From NCBI GenBank assembly GCA_025363435.1, contig JANYDY010000090.1, positions 24,030-88,029 on the forward strand: a DNA stretch of 64,000 nucleotides, read 5' to 3'. The translations under genes were made by a program, and so were the position numbers. The stretch comes from Betaproteobacteria bacterium. GTDB lineage: Bacteria > Pseudomonadota > Gammaproteobacteria > Burkholderiales > SG8-41. The notes beneath the pieces were generated by a model that saw only the letters and a list, made by a program, of their open reading frames with translations, was not told the DNA's origin and ran no database searches. Below are positions 9,150 through 18,986 of the stretch, piece after piece (within the stretch, counting starts at the first letter, position 1; every line of letters begins with the position of its first letter).

Positions 9150-10121
9150 ATGAGCAAGGACTTCCTGTCGCAGGAAGAAGTCGATGATCTGCTCAAGGGT
9201 GTGGGCGGCGAAGCCGACGACACCAAGGAGGAGCAGGACGGTTCGGGTGTGCGGCCGTACAACATCGCCACACAGGAACGCATCGTGCGCGGGCGCATGC
9301 CCACGCTCGAGCTTATCAACGAACGCTTCGCACGCCTCTTGCGCATCGGCCTTTTTAATTTTATTCGCCGCAGCGCCGAAATCTCGGTCAGCCCGGTACG
9401 CACCCTCAAATACAGCGAGTTCATCCGCAATCTGGTGGTGCCGACCAATCTCAATCTGGTGCAGATCAAACCGTTGCGCGGCACTTCCCTGTTCATCATC
9501 GACCCGAACCTGGTGTTTCTGATCGTCGACAATCTGTTCGGCGGCAACGGCCAGTTTCACACCAGCGCCGAAGGCCGCGACTTCACGCCGACCGAACAAC
9601 GCATCATCCAGCGCCTGCTCGCCATCATTTTCGAAGACCTCGAAAAATCGTGGGCGCCGGTGCACGAGGTGAAGTTTGAATACCTGCGTTCCGAAATGAA
9701 CACGCAGTTCGCCAGCATCGCGACACCGAACGAAGTTGTGGTGGTCACCACCTTCAACATCGAATTCGGCCCCGCCGGCGGCGAGTTTCATATCTGCATG
9801 CCGTACGCGCAGATCGAGCCGATTCGGGATCTGTTGTGCAGCAGCATGCAGGGCGACCACATGGAAGCCGACAAGCGCTGGGTGCAGATGCTGTCGAAAC
9901 AAGTACAAAGCGCCGAGGTCGAGCTGGTGGTCAACCTCGGCGAGGCCGAACTCAACTTCGAACAATTGCTCGCCATGCAGGTGGGCGACATCATCGCGCT
10001 CGATATTCCGCAGCCGATGATTGCCGAGATCGACTGCATACCGGTAATGGAATGCAAGTGCGGAATATTGAACGGCCAGTACGCGCTGAAAGTCGAGCGG
10101 CTGTTATCAAGCGCGGGCTAA
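9150..10121 (+). CDS. fliM: Flagellar motor switch protein FliM
   Basis: The ATG at 9150 gives MSKDFLSQEEVDDLL, the CheY-P-binding-type N-terminus; 323 aa. The track start at 8970 overlaps fliL in another frame. Confidence 0.95.
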   Translation: MSKDFLSQEEVDDLLKGVGGEADDTKEEQDGSGVRPYNIATQERIVRGRMPTLELINERFARLLRIGLFNFIRRSAEISVSPVRTLKYSEFIRNLVVPTNLNLVQIKPLRGTSLFIIDPNLVFLIVDNLFGGNGQFHTSAEGRDFTPTEQRIIQRLLAIIFEDLEKSWAPVHEVKFEYLRSEMNTQFASIATPNEVVVVTTFNIEFGPAGGEFHICMPYAQIEPIRDLLCSSMQGDHMEADKRWVQMLSKQVQSAEVELVVNLGEAELNFEQLLAMQVGDIIALDIPQPMIAEIDCIPVMECKCGILNGQYALKVERLLSSAG

Positions 10122-10142
10122 CAGAATTAACAGGAGATCATC

Positions 10143-10583
10143 ATGACTGAAGCCGCAACCGAGGAACAGGTATCCGCCGACAATTGGACCGCAGCGACGT
10201 CCGAACAGGCGCCGGCCGGCGGCGCAGCAACAACAGACGCCGCAGGCAATGCATCAACGCAGGTTGCCGCGGCGCCGATATTCGAACAATTTGCGGCAGG
10301 CGGCGCCAAGGGCGGCGCGCACAACGATATCGACATGATTCTCGATATTCCGGTGCAACTGACGGTTGAACTGGGGCGCACCAAAATCGCCATCAAGAAT
10401 CTGCTGCAACTGGCGCAGGGCTCGGTGGTTGAACTTGAAGGACTCGCCGGCGAACCGATGGACGTGCTGGTCAACGGCTGCCTGATCGCGCAAGGTGAAG
10501 TGGTGGTGGTCAACGACAAGTTCGGTATCCGTCTCACCGACATCATCACGCCGTCGGAACGGCTGCGGAAACTCAAGCGATGA
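10143..10583 (+). CDS. fliN: Flagellar motor switch protein FliN
   Basis: 146 aa. C-terminal SpoA domain: DIPVQLTVELGRTKIAIKNLLQLAQGSVVELEGLAGEPMDVLVNGCLIAQGEVVVVNDKFGIRLTDI. Confidence 0.95.
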   Translation: MTEAATEEQVSADNWTAATSEQAPAGGAATTDAAGNASTQVAAAPIFEQFAAGGAKGGAHNDIDMILDIPVQLTVELGRTKIAIKNLLQLAQGSVVELEGLAGEPMDVLVNGCLIAQGEVVVVNDKFGIRLTDIITPSERLRKLKR

Positions 10584-11023
10584 TGACGCGCATTGCTGCC
10601 GTCGCCGGCGCTGCCCTGACGGTGCTGTTTTCAGCGCTGGCGCAAGCGCAGATCGCACCGGCACAGACCGCACCCGCCGGCATCGGCGCCGGCCAGATTT
10701 TCGGCCTCTTCGCCGGCACGCTGTTCGTGCTTGCCGTAATCGCCGGCGCGGCCTGGCTACTCAAGCGTCTGAGCCCGCGCGGTTACGGCACGGACGGCGT
10801 GCTGCGTGTGGTCGCCGGCGCCGCCGTTGGTCAGCGCGAACGTGTGGTCGTTGTTGAAATCGGCTCGTCGTGGCTGATCGTCGGCGTGGCCCCCGGCAGC
10901 GTCAATCTGCTGCAACAGATGCCGCGCGCGGAAATGCCCGCGGCAACGACCACCGCACCGCTGCCATCGACTGCATTCGCAACCTGGCTCAAGCAGGTCA
11001 TGGAAAAACGCAATGAAAAGTAA
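10580..11023 (+). CDS. fliO: Flagellar biosynthesis protein FliO
   Basis: 147 aa, single TM, between fliN and fli[28 protein letters not shown] is the FliO-type pattern. Confidence 0.8.
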   Translation: MMTRIAAVAGAALTVLFSALAQAQIAPAQTAPAGIGAGQIFGLFAGTLFVLAVIAGAAWLLKRLSPRGYGTDGVLRVVAGAAVGQRERVVVVEIGSSWLIVGVAPGSVNLLQQMPRAEMPAATTTAPLPSTAFATWLKQVMEKRNEK

Positions 11024-11756
11024 ACAGCTTCTGCTGCTCGCCGCCGCCGGCTTTGTCATCGCCATGCCGGCGTTCGCGCAGAATGCGCTGCCGGCATTCA
11101 GCAGCACACCCGCACCCGGCGGCGGGCAGAATTACAGTCTCAGCCTGCAAACGCTGCTGCTGCTGACTTCGTTGTCGTTTTTGCCAGCGCTCTTGTTGAT
11201 GATGACGGGCTTCACGCGTATCGTCATCGTACTCTCGCTGTTGCGCCAGGCGCTCGGCACGCCGACCGCCCCGCCCAATCAGGTGCTGATCGGACTGTCG
11301 CTGTTTCTGACGCTGTTCGTGATGTCGCCGGTGCTCGATCGCATCAACGCCGATGCCTGGCAGCCGTTCTCCGAAAACAAAATTACGCTCACCGCGGCAG
11401 TCGAAAAAGGCAGCGTGCCGCTGCGCGAATTCATGTTGAAGCAAACGCGCGAAGGCGATCTTGCGCTGTTCACGCGGCTGTCCGGTCAAACAGTGGAAAA
11501 TCCGCGCGAAACGCCGATGAAGATTCTTATTCCGGCCTATGTCACCAGCGAACTGAAAACCGCCTTTCAGATCGGTTTTCTGGTGTTTATTCCATTTCTG
11601 ATTATCGACATGGCGGTGGCCAGCGTGCTGATGTCGATGGGCATGATGATGGTGTCGCCGGCGATGGTTTCGCTGCCGTTCAAGCTGATGATATTCGTAC
11701 TGGTCGATGGCTGGGCCCTGCTGGTCGGCTCGCTGGCGCAGAGCTTCGCCACATGA
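11013..11756 (+). CDS. fliP: Flagellar export apparatus protein FliP
   Basis: 247 aa. Signal peptide, then [32 protein letters not shown] and [26 protein letters not shown]. Confidence 0.97.
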   Translation: MKSKQLLLLAAAGFVIAMPAFAQNALPAFSSTPAPGGGQNYSLSLQTLLLLTSLSFLPALLLMMTGFTRIVIVLSLLRQALGTPTAPPNQVLIGLSLFLTLFVMSPVLDRINADAWQPFSENKITLTAAVEKGSVPLREFMLKQTREGDLALFTRLSGQTVENPRETPMKILIPAYVTSELKTAFQIGFLVFIPFLIIDMAVASVLMSMGMMMVSPAMVSLPFKLMIFVLVDGWALLVGSLAQSFAT

Positions 11757-12022
11757 CGCCGGAGACCATCGTCACCATCGGTCAGCAGGCGCTACTGGTG
11801 CTGTTGATGATTTCGGCGCCAATGCTGCTGGCGGCACTCGCCGTTGGTCTCATCATCAGCATTTTCCAGGCGGCTACGCAAATCAACGAAATGACGCTGT
11901 CGTTCATTCCCAAGCTGGTGACGGTTTTTCTGACCATGATTGTCGCCGGACCGTGGATGATGTCGACATTGATTGACTACATCCGCCGTCTCTACACACA
12001 GATTCCGTCGCTGATCGGCTGA
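11753..12022 (+). CDS. fliQ: Flagellar export apparatus protein FliQ
   Basis: 89 aa, two TM segments, ATGA overlap with fliP. Confidence 0.95.
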   Translation: MTPETIVTIGQQALLVLLMISAPMLLAALAVGLIISIFQAATQINEMTLSFIPKLVTVFLTMIVAGPWMMSTLIDYIRRLYTQIPSLIG

Positions 12023-12820
12023 TTGCGGAAAAAGCGGCAAGCCCCCGTGATTACTGTCACCACCGCCCAACTCAATGCCTGGCTCGCCCTCATGCTGTGG
12101 CCGTTTGCACGCATACTCGCGCTGCTGGCGACCGCGCCGCTGACCGGCAACGCGCAGGTCACCGCACCGGTCAAGATCGGGCTGGCAATCCTGATCACCG
12201 CAGTGGTTGCGCCAACGCTGCCGTCGCCGGAAATCGATCCGGGTTCGGGTGCCGGCTTGCTGCTGCTGGCGCGCGAAACAGCACTCGGCATTGCGATGGG
12301 CATGGCGATGCGCGTGGTTTTTGCCGGCGTCGCGGCGGCCGGTGATGTGATCGGCTTGCAGATGGGTTTAGGCTTCGCGCAGTTCTACGATCCGCAAAGC
12401 AACGGCCAGGTACCGGTACTCGGTCAATATCTCGGCTTGCTGGCGACGCTGACGTTTCTCTCGCTCAACGGCCACCTCGTCATGATCTCAACGCTGATCG
12501 AATCGTTTCACGCCGTGCCGGTGGATGCCGCCGGCGCCGGCCATTGGCTGCTGCTTGCAGAAGCCGGCGGCATGGTGATGCGCGCCGCGCTGCTGCTGTC
12601 GTTGCCGCTGGTTGCAACGCTGCTGGTGGTCAACGCCGCGCTCGGCGTATTAACGCGTTCGGCGCCGCAACTGAATATATTTGCGATCGGTTTCCCGATT
12701 ACCATGATTGTCGGTTTTTTCGCGCTGATGCTGTCATTGCCGTATTGCATGCCCGTATTCGAACGCCTGTTTGAAAGCGGCTTCGGCACGATGCTGCAAG
12801 CGGCCACACCATCGCGCTGA
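12023..12820 (+). CDS. fliR: Flagellar export apparatus protein FliR
   Basis: Polytopic membrane protein after fliQ. Start is either the TTG at 12023 or the in-frame GTG at 12047. Confidence 0.93.
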   Translation: MRKKRQAPVITVTTAQLNAWLALMLWPFARILALLATAPLTGNAQVTAPVKIGLAILITAVVAPTLPSPEIDPGSGAGLLLLARETALGIAMGMAMRVVFAGVAAAGDVIGLQMGLGFAQFYDPQSNGQVPVLGQYLGLLATLTFLSLNGHLVMISTLIESFHAVPVDAAGAGHWLLLAEAGGMVMRAALLLSLPLVATLLVVNAALGVLTRSAPQLNIFAIGFPITMIVGFFALMLSLPYCMPVFERLFESGFGTMLQAATPSR

Positions 12821-12837
12821 GCAGGCGCGCACCTGCT
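12820..12837. terminator. Short hairpin between convergent fliR and the histidine kinase gene
   Basis: AGCAGG-cgcgca-CCTGCT (6-bp stem) in the 21-nt gap. No clear T-run. Confidence 0.3.
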
Positions 12838-12841
12838 GAAA

Positions 12842-15067
12842 TTACGCAGAAGCCGCGGAACGCAATTCATCCGGCAACACTGCGTGCGGTTCCTGCGGCA
12901 GTGAAAAGCGGAAAGTCGCGCCCTGCCCCGCCACGCCTTCGGCCCAGACGCGGCCGCCGTGGCGATGCACGATGCGCTGCACCGTGGCAAGTCCGATGCC
13001 GGTGCCCTCGAATTCCTCACGCGTATGCAAACGTTGAAACACACCGAACAAACGGTGCGCGCTCGACTGCTCGAAACCAACGCCGTTATCGCGCACGAAA
13101 TAAATCTGCTCGCCGGCTGCACCTGTTTCACAACCGACCTCGATGACGGCGTTGGCGCGCGGCGCCGAATATTTGTAGGCATTCGACAGCAGGTTGACCC
13201 ACACCTGGTGCAGCAAGCCGCGATCGGCGAAGACCGGCGGCAATGCCGACACCCGCAAATCGACGCTGCGCCCCGCCAGATCGGGCGCCAATTCATCGAA
13301 CGCGCGTTGCACGGCGGCATTCATATCGAGCGAACTCAAGCGCAGTTCGGCGCGTGTGGCGCGCGCAAAAAACAGCAGGTCATCGATCAATTCGCCCATG
13401 CGCGCCGCGGCGGCATTGATGCGTTCGAGGTGGCGGCGTCCGTCCTTGCTGACCGAATCGGGCAATTCAGTGTCAAGCATGCGCGCGAAGCCGGAGATAT
13501 GCCGTACCGAAGCGCGCAAATCGTGCGAGACCGAATAGCTGAACGATTCGAGTTCGCGGTTGGCCGCCTGCAACTGCTCGGTGCGCTGCTCGACGAGGCG
13601 CTCAAGCCCGGCGTGCAGGCGACGCAACTCGCCATCAGCAAGCACGCGCGCGGTGATGTCGCGCGCGTAAATCAGCAAATGTACCGGCTCGCCGTCGTCG
13701 TCGGATACCATCAGACAGCTCAAGGCCAGCCAGACTTCGCCGCCGTCGCCGCGCATGCAGCGTTTTTCGCAATCGGCCGATTTAACCTGACCGGCCGTCA
13801 GCGCGCGCAGTTGCCGCTTCCACGCAAGGCCCTGCTGCGGATGAATCAGATCGTCAAAGCGCCGCGTCAGCAGGTCCGCTTCGCTATAGGCCAGCAAGCG
13901 GCAGAAGGTCGGCGACATTTTAAGCATGCGTCCGTCGAGGCCGGCGTGCAGCACCATCACCGATGAAAATTCTTCGGTCTTGGCAATACGGCGTTCGGTG
14001 GCGCGCAGCTTGCGCACCGTTTGTTTGACCAGCGCACGCGCGCGCTGCGAGGCGCGTGTCAGCGATAACACCAGTGCAAACAGCAGCAGGCTGATCGCCA
14101 GGCCCGCACTGAGCGGCCCCAGCCACACGGCATAACCGACTGTGGCCGACGGTGCGACGACTACCCGCCAGGCGTGACCGCCGAAGCGCACGGTTCTGGC
14201 AATGCCGCCGGCGCCGAACTCGGCCAGATCGGCGCCGGTTTGAAACTGGCCGGCGCTATCGTAGAGCAGCTTCGCATTGTTTTCAGCACCGCCTTCGCCG
14301 ATGTCGAACAGCGCGAAACGGTGCTGCGGCAGTTGCGCACCGCGCACCACGCTGGTCACCAGTTCCTCAAGGCGAAAATTGGCGCGCACTACACCCATAA
14401 AAGCAATGCGGCGTTCGTCAACAGTCCCCACCGGGGCGCCGCCGCGATAGACCGGCAGAAACAGGAAAAACGCCGTGCGATTGGGATTAATCAGAAATGG
14501 CACCGGACCGAGCGCCGACAGGGTCGCGTTGTCGCGCGCCACGCTGATGGCCGAACGGCGCACCGGATCCACAAACAGATCGGCGCCGACCGGCGAATTA
14601 CCGCTGCCGAAGTGCACGCGATGCACGGTCGGGACATATTCGTCGCGCGTGCCCGGCGGCAAGATCGTGTAATTGCTATAGATTCCGCCGTATGCACGCA
14701 CGCTGCGTTCGAACGCCGGACGCTCCGCGGCAGTCACGCGCGGTGCAAATGAAAGCGTCTGCATGCCCGGGTAGCGCTGCGGCAATTCAAGGCTGTTGAC
14801 GAAACGCTCGAATTCATCCGGTGTCACCGCGCGCGAACCGACAAACAGGCCGCGCACCGCGTAAACAACCTCAACGTAGGCGCGCATGCGCGCATCGACC
14901 GCGGTGACGATTTCGTCGGCGGCGTTTTCCGACTCGATGCTGTGCATGGTCTGCGCATCACGCACCACCAGCGCGGTGACAATAACCGTGGCGAGCACGC
15001 CGGCCTGCAAAAGCAGCCATGCGATCCAGACACGCGATAAAGCCCTGACTATGCGGAATTTCGGCAT
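12842..15067 (-). CDS. Sensor histidine kinase, CHASE-like periplasmic domain + PAS + HisKA/HATPase (no receiver)
   Basis: 741 aa. TM1, then a ~270-aa periplasmic region with the CHASE-type pattern (FVNSLELPQRYPGMQTLSFAPRV...YVPTVHRVHF...DLFVDPVRRSAISVARD), then TM2 and PAS. H-box FSYSVSHDLRASVRHISGF; ATP-binding boxes NLLSNAYKY, VRDNGVGF, GTGIGLATV. Confidence 0.85.
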   Translation of the reverse strand: MPKFRIVRALSRVWIAWLLLQAGVLATVIVTALVVRDAQTMHSIESENAADEIVTAVDARMRAYVEVVYAVRGLFVGSRAVTPDEFERFVNSLELPQRYPGMQTLSFAPRVTAAERPAFERSVRAYGGIYSNYTILPPGTRDEYVPTVHRVHFGSGNSPVGADLFVDPVRRSAISVARDNATLSALGPVPFLINPNRTAFFLFLPVYRGGAPVGTVDERRIAFMGVVRANFRLEELVTSVVRGAQLPQHRFALFDIGEGGAENNAKLLYDSAGQFQTGADLAEFGAGGIARTVRFGGHAWRVVVAPSATVGYAVWLGPLSAGLAISLLLFALVLSLTRASQRARALVKQTVRKLRATERRIAKTEEFSSVMVLHAGLDGRMLKMSPTFCRLLAYSEADLLTRRFDDLIHPQQGLAWKRQLRALTAGQVKSADCEKRCMRGDGGEVWLALSCLMVSDDDGEPVHLLIYARDITARVLADGELRRLHAGLERLVEQRTEQLQAANRELESFSYSVSHDLRASVRHISGFARMLDTELPDSVSKDGRRHLERINAAAARMGELIDDLLFFARATRAELRLSSLDMNAAVQRAFDELAPDLAGRSVDLRVSALPPVFADRGLLHQVWVNLLSNAYKYSAPRANAVIEVGCETGAAGEQIYFVRDNGVGFEQSSAHRLFGVFQRLHTREEFEGTGIGLATVQRIVHRHGGRVWAEGVAGQGATFRFSLPQEPHAVLPDELRSAASA

Positions 15068-15151
15068 GCCTAAATTGTAGGCTTATTCGGCGCCGGCTGC
15101 TAAGCTAAGGCACTAAGCACAAAGCGATTTCTCAAACAAAGCCGACAAGGC

Positions 15152-15167
15152 TGTGACATTTGTCACA
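15152..15167. promoter_or_regulatory. Perfect CRP/Vfr/Clp-type palindrome TGTGA-N6-TCACA upstream of the kinase gene
   Basis: TGTGACATTTGTCACA (7-bp arms) lies 85-100 nt upstream of the kinase start codon, in the gap after the lipoprotein gene. Confidence 0.45.
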
Positions 15168-15199
15168 AACGCTTCCCGCCATGACGGCAAGAGGGGAAA

Positions 15200-15673
15200 T
15201 CAGCGTACGATTTCGACTACGCCCTGCGCGATCCGTTGCGCGATCGGCACGCCGGAGTCAACGCCTTCGGAAAATTCGACCACGCGATAACTCAAGGCGC
15301 CGCGCGCGCGCACCAGTTGTTCGGCGCGCCGGTAAAACGCCGGCAAGGCCTCGCCGTCGCCGCCGGTGGTGAAGCGTTTCTTGCGCATGGCGATACGGTA
15401 GCGCGTGTCGTTCAGGCGCATCTCCTCAATCTGCCAGTTCGGCGCCAGCGGATCGATAATCACGAACAGCGCCACACCCGCAGCGATGCTTTCCAGCGGC
15501 ACGCTCAGCGATTTGCTGACGGTCACGAGGTCGGGCGGAATCAGCATGTTGCTGCTGGGCACGCCTTCAATACCGCTGCAGCCGGCCAGCAGGGAAAACA
15601 GTATCGCGCCGGTCAGCGACAAGCGCCGCCGTGGTCCGAATGCCGCCGCAGTTATTTGCACAATGCACCTCAC
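15200..15673 (-). CDS. Putative lipoprotein of unknown function, translationally coupled to flgL
   Basis: 157 aa. Signal with RRR n-region and lipobox LLAGC. The GTG start overlaps the flgL stop (GTGA); an alternative GTG is at 15661. Confidence 0.6.
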   Translation of the reverse strand: MRCIVQITAAAFGPRRRLSLTGAILFSLLAGCSGIEGVPSSNMLIPPDLVTVSKSLSVPLESIAAGVALFVIIDPLAPNWQIEEMRLNDTRYRIAMRKKRFTTGGDGEALPAFYRRAEQLVRARGALSYRVVEFSEGVDSGVPIAQRIAQGVVEIVR

Positions 15674-16965
15674 AACAAATCGAACAGGTTCAGTTTGGTG
15701 ATCTTGAGAAAGGACTGCTGCGCCGCCTGCAGATAAATCTGTTGCTGGCTGAGGTCGCTGATCGCTTTCGTATAGTCGAGATCCTGCAGCCCGGACAGCG
15801 TCTGCTCGTATTGCTGGTCAACGTCGTCGGCCGAGCTCTGCGCCGTATCAACTTCCTTGAGCCGCGCGCCGACCGACGCACGCGTCTTCAGCACATTGTT
15901 GAGCCCGTTGTCGAGTTCGGTCAGCGCGGTGTTCACCGCGTTCTGGTACTGTGCGTTGGAAGCCGGCGTTGCATTGGTGCCGGTTTTCAGCGCCGTAATC
16001 AAGCTGTGCAGCGTCGCAAACATGTCCTGACTGGTGCTCGCCTGCACGCTGACGCTGTCGCCACCGGCCGGTGCACCGCTGATGGTCACCGAGGCGCCGA
16101 AGTCGAACGGCGTCGCATTGGTGTCCGGCGGTGCCTGCGTAGCGAAACTGATCGGCGTGCCCGGCGTAAACGTGCGCAGGTAGGGGCCGGCAGCGGGCGC
16201 AACACCGGTCAGCATCGACACGTTGTTGACGTTGTCGACGATGTCGTAAGTGACCGCGCCGCCGCTGGAGAAAAAGCGAATGCTGAAATCCTTCGCGTTC
16301 GCCGCCGTATTCCATTTCGACGGATCGCTGAGCACGCTCGAATCGATAATGCCGGTGCCGGCGTTGGCACCCGCGGCGGCGGCAGCAAAGGCGCCGTTGC
16401 CGTTGCGAATATCGCCGAACACCGCGTTGCCCGAATCGTTGACTGCGATCATGCGCACAGGCCCGATCTGCGCCACGCGCTGACCGGCGTCGCCGCTATA
16501 GGCAACCACACCGGGACTGGTTTCGCTGAACGGCTGCGTTGCGCCCTGATAACCCGAAAACAAAAACCGGCCGTTGCCGTCGCCGCGATTGGCGAGGCCG
16601 AGCAGTTCCTGGTAACGCCCGTCAAGTTCAGTGGCAAGCGCTGCGCGGTCAACGTTGGTAAGCGTCGGATCGCCGGCATTGACCGCCAGTGTGTGTGCGT
16701 CCTGCAACAAAGCGGTGAGGTCGGACAATGCACTTTCTTCGAGGCTCAGTTGCGACTTCGCCACATCGCCGTTAGTCTTGTATTGCGCGTTCAAGGCCTG
16801 TGACTGTTTGACGTTCAGCGCGGCGGCGGCGGCGATCGGGTCATCAGCCGGCGTCATCACGCGGCGGCCGCTCGAAATCTGCTGCTGCAAATGGATCTGG
16901 TCCTGCTGGCGCTGCTGCAGGCCCGACACGCCGAGTTCGTAAACCATGTTGGTACTGATGCGCAT
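15670..16965 (-). CDS. flgL: Flagellar hook-associated protein 3 FlgL
   Basis: 431 aa. Flagellin-like termini: MRISTNMVYELGVSGLQQRQ ... AAQQSFLKITKLNLFDLL. Confidence 0.9.
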   Translation of the reverse strand: MRISTNMVYELGVSGLQQRQQDQIHLQQQISSGRRVMTPADDPIAAAAALNVKQSQALNAQYKTNGDVAKSQLSLEESALSDLTALLQDAHTLAVNAGDPTLTNVDRAALATELDGRYQELLGLANRGDGNGRFLFSGYQGATQPFSETSPGVVAYSGDAGQRVAQIGPVRMIAVNDSGNAVFGDIRNGNGAFAAAAAGANAGTGIIDSSVLSDPSKWNTAANAKDFSIRFFSSGGAVTYDIVDNVNNVSMLTGVAPAAGPYLRTFTPGTPISFATQAPPDTNATPFDFGASVTISGAPAGGDSVSVQASTSQDMFATLHSLITALKTGTNATPASNAQYQNAVNTALTELDNGLNNVLKTRASVGARLKEVDTAQSSADDVDQQYEQTLSGLQDLDYTKAISDLSQQQIYLQAAQQSFLKITKLNLFDLL

Positions 16966-17055
16966 GCGGCTCTCCTCGTGAAGACCAATTATTTGTTCAA
17001 GTCTTCACTGATTGGGGGGCTATAAAGGGGCTTGGCCCGCTTGTTCGTACATTTC

Positions 17056-18954
17056 CTAGCGAAGTTCGAGCACTGTCTGGAACAGTGTTTGTGCGATCTG
17101 GATCATTTTTCCAGCGGCCTGATATGCCTGCTGATAACGCAGCAGATTGGCCGCCTCCTCGTCGAGGTTGACGCCGGACAGGCCCTGTTGCGCGAGCGTC
17201 GATTGCTGCACCAGCGTGCTCTGCGTCTGCGCCATGACATCGGTCTGCTGTGTCTTGCTGCCGACCTGGCTGACCATCTGGCTGTAAGCGCCCTGGTAGG
17301 TGGCAGTACCGCCGGCAAGTTTGTTTTGCGTTTGCAGCGCCGTCAGCAGCAGCGCGTTGCGGCCGTCGGCCACGCCACCGTTGTTGGGTGTGATCGTAAA
17401 TACGTCGCCCGCTGCCGGCGCACCGGAAATCTGCACGCTCCAGCCGTTGTAAGTGATATTGCCGCCGGCCGTATAGGCCACGCCGCTCGGGTTGCCGGTG
17501 CCGGCACCTGCAACGTCGAAGGTGCCGGCAGCGGTAAACGTAATGGTGACGGGCTGCAGCAGATTGGTGTTCGGCGGCGGCGGCGTGTTGACAGTGCCCG
17601 CGCTGATCGTGCCGTTGCCGGTGTTGACACCCGCGACTATCGTGCGTATCGGCGCGGCGGCGGCAATCGCCGCCGGGTCGGTGAGATTCATCGCCATGCT
17701 ACGCGCGGCGGTGCGCGTCGGCTCAATCAAAAAAGTGTCGCCGGTACTGGCCGCACCGGAGGCCAGCGTCATGGTCACGCCGTCTATGGTCTGCGGCAGC
17801 GTTGCATAGCTACTGGTCGTGTTGTCGGAGAGGCGCGTGACGTCGTAGCCGGCAACGGTCTTGGTCAGGCGGTAATCACTGGTGGTAAGGGCGCTGACAC
17901 TGGTAATGGCAGCCGTAATTACCGCGGTGCCGGCATTGGTCGCACGACCGAGCACGAGCGGCGACAGCAGCGTGAAAAAATTACCGCCGGCGGCGCCATT
18001 GAGATCGCGACCGAGCTGGTGTTGATCATTAAAAGTCTGCGTCAAACCGGCAGCGACCTGGCCCAGCGCATTCTGCGCGGCATCAAGGTCGGTGGCGCGG
18101 AACGTCAGCAGCGCGCCGAGACTGCCGCCCTGAAACGTGGTCGGGCCGAGCAATATGGTATTGCCGCCGATGTTATAACCGACTTCGGTGCGTTGCGGAT
18201 CGTCGCGCGACTGCGCGGCAGCTAGCGTCATTACATTGGCGCCGACCACCAGATTCTGGCCGTTGCCGATGACCACGTTGATGGTGCCATCGCTTTGCGC
18301 GATGGCAGTGGTGCCGGCCAGTTGATTGAGTTGGGCGACCAGCGCATCGCGCGCATCGAGCAGATCGTTGGGCGGTTGCGTCGGGGTTTGCTGCACGGCA
18401 AGGATGCGGCCGTTGAGCGCGCCGACCTGCTGGGCAAGCGAATTGATGCTCGTCACCGTACTCGAAATCTGTGAATTGACGCTGCTCTGCAACTGGTCGA
18501 AACGCGCCGCCAGCGCATTAAAGCGCGCCGTCAGCGTCGCCCCCGCCGAGACCATGCTCTGCCGTGCGGCGACATCCGACGGATTGGTTGCCACCGTATG
18601 CGCTGACGAAAAAAACGCCTGCAGCGCCGGCGACAGACCGGCGTTGGTGTCGGCGACGACATTGTCGATCTGCTTCATCTGCGCGTTGTAGGTCGTGTAG
18701 TAGCTGGCCTGCGCCTGCGACTGCGCGAGCTGCGATTCGAGATACTGGCTGTAACTGCGCACCACCGTATCGATCTGCACGCCCTGGCCGAAAAATCCGG
18801 CGCCGGTGGCGAGCGGCGGCAAAGCGCTCTGCTGAATCGCCTGCCGGTGATAGCCCGGCGTGCTCGCATTGGTGATGTTGTGACCGGTGACCGTCAGCCC
18901 GGCCTGCGCCGCAGCAAGGCCGGTCAGACCCAAACCGTAGATGCCGGTGCTCAT
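17056..18954 (-). CDS. flgK: Flagellar hook-associated protein 1 FlgK
   Basis: 632 aa. N-terminus MSTGIYGLGLTGLAAAQAGLTVTGHNITNASTPGYHRQ; C-terminus LLRYQQAYQAAGKMIQIAQTLFQTVLEL. Confidence 0.93.
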   Translation of the reverse strand: MSTGIYGLGLTGLAAAQAGLTVTGHNITNASTPGYHRQAIQQSALPPLATGAGFFGQGVQIDTVVRSYSQYLESQLAQSQAQASYYTTYNAQMKQIDNVVADTNAGLSPALQAFFSSAHTVATNPSDVAARQSMVSAGATLTARFNALAARFDQLQSSVNSQISSTVTSINSLAQQVGALNGRILAVQQTPTQPPNDLLDARDALVAQLNQLAGTTAIAQSDGTINVVIGNGQNLVVGANVMTLAAAQSRDDPQRTEVGYNIGGNTILLGPTTFQGGSLGALLTFRATDLDAAQNALGQVAAGLTQTFNDQHQLGRDLNGAAGGNFFTLLSPLVLGRATNAGTAVITAAITSVSALTTSDYRLTKTVAGYDVTRLSDNTTSSYATLPQTIDGVTMTLASGAASTGDTFLIEPTRTAARSMAMNLTDPAAIAAAAPIRTIVAGVNTGNGTISAGTVNTPPPPNTNLLQPVTITFTAAGTFDVAGAGTGNPSGVAYTAGGNITYNGWSVQISGAPAAGDVFTITPNNGGVADGRNALLLTALQTQNKLAGGTATYQGAYSQMVSQVGSKTQQTDVMAQTQSTLVQQSTLAQQGLSGVNLDEEAANLLRYQQAYQAAGKMIQIAQTLFQTVLELR

Positions 18955-18986
18955 TGCAGATTATCCTTGTGCATGCGCGCAGGCGG

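Noticed and set aside
15631-18225. Plus-strand ORFs 15631-16803 and 17032-18225
   Set aside because: They are antisense to flgL and flgK, whose flagellin-like termini are unambiguous.
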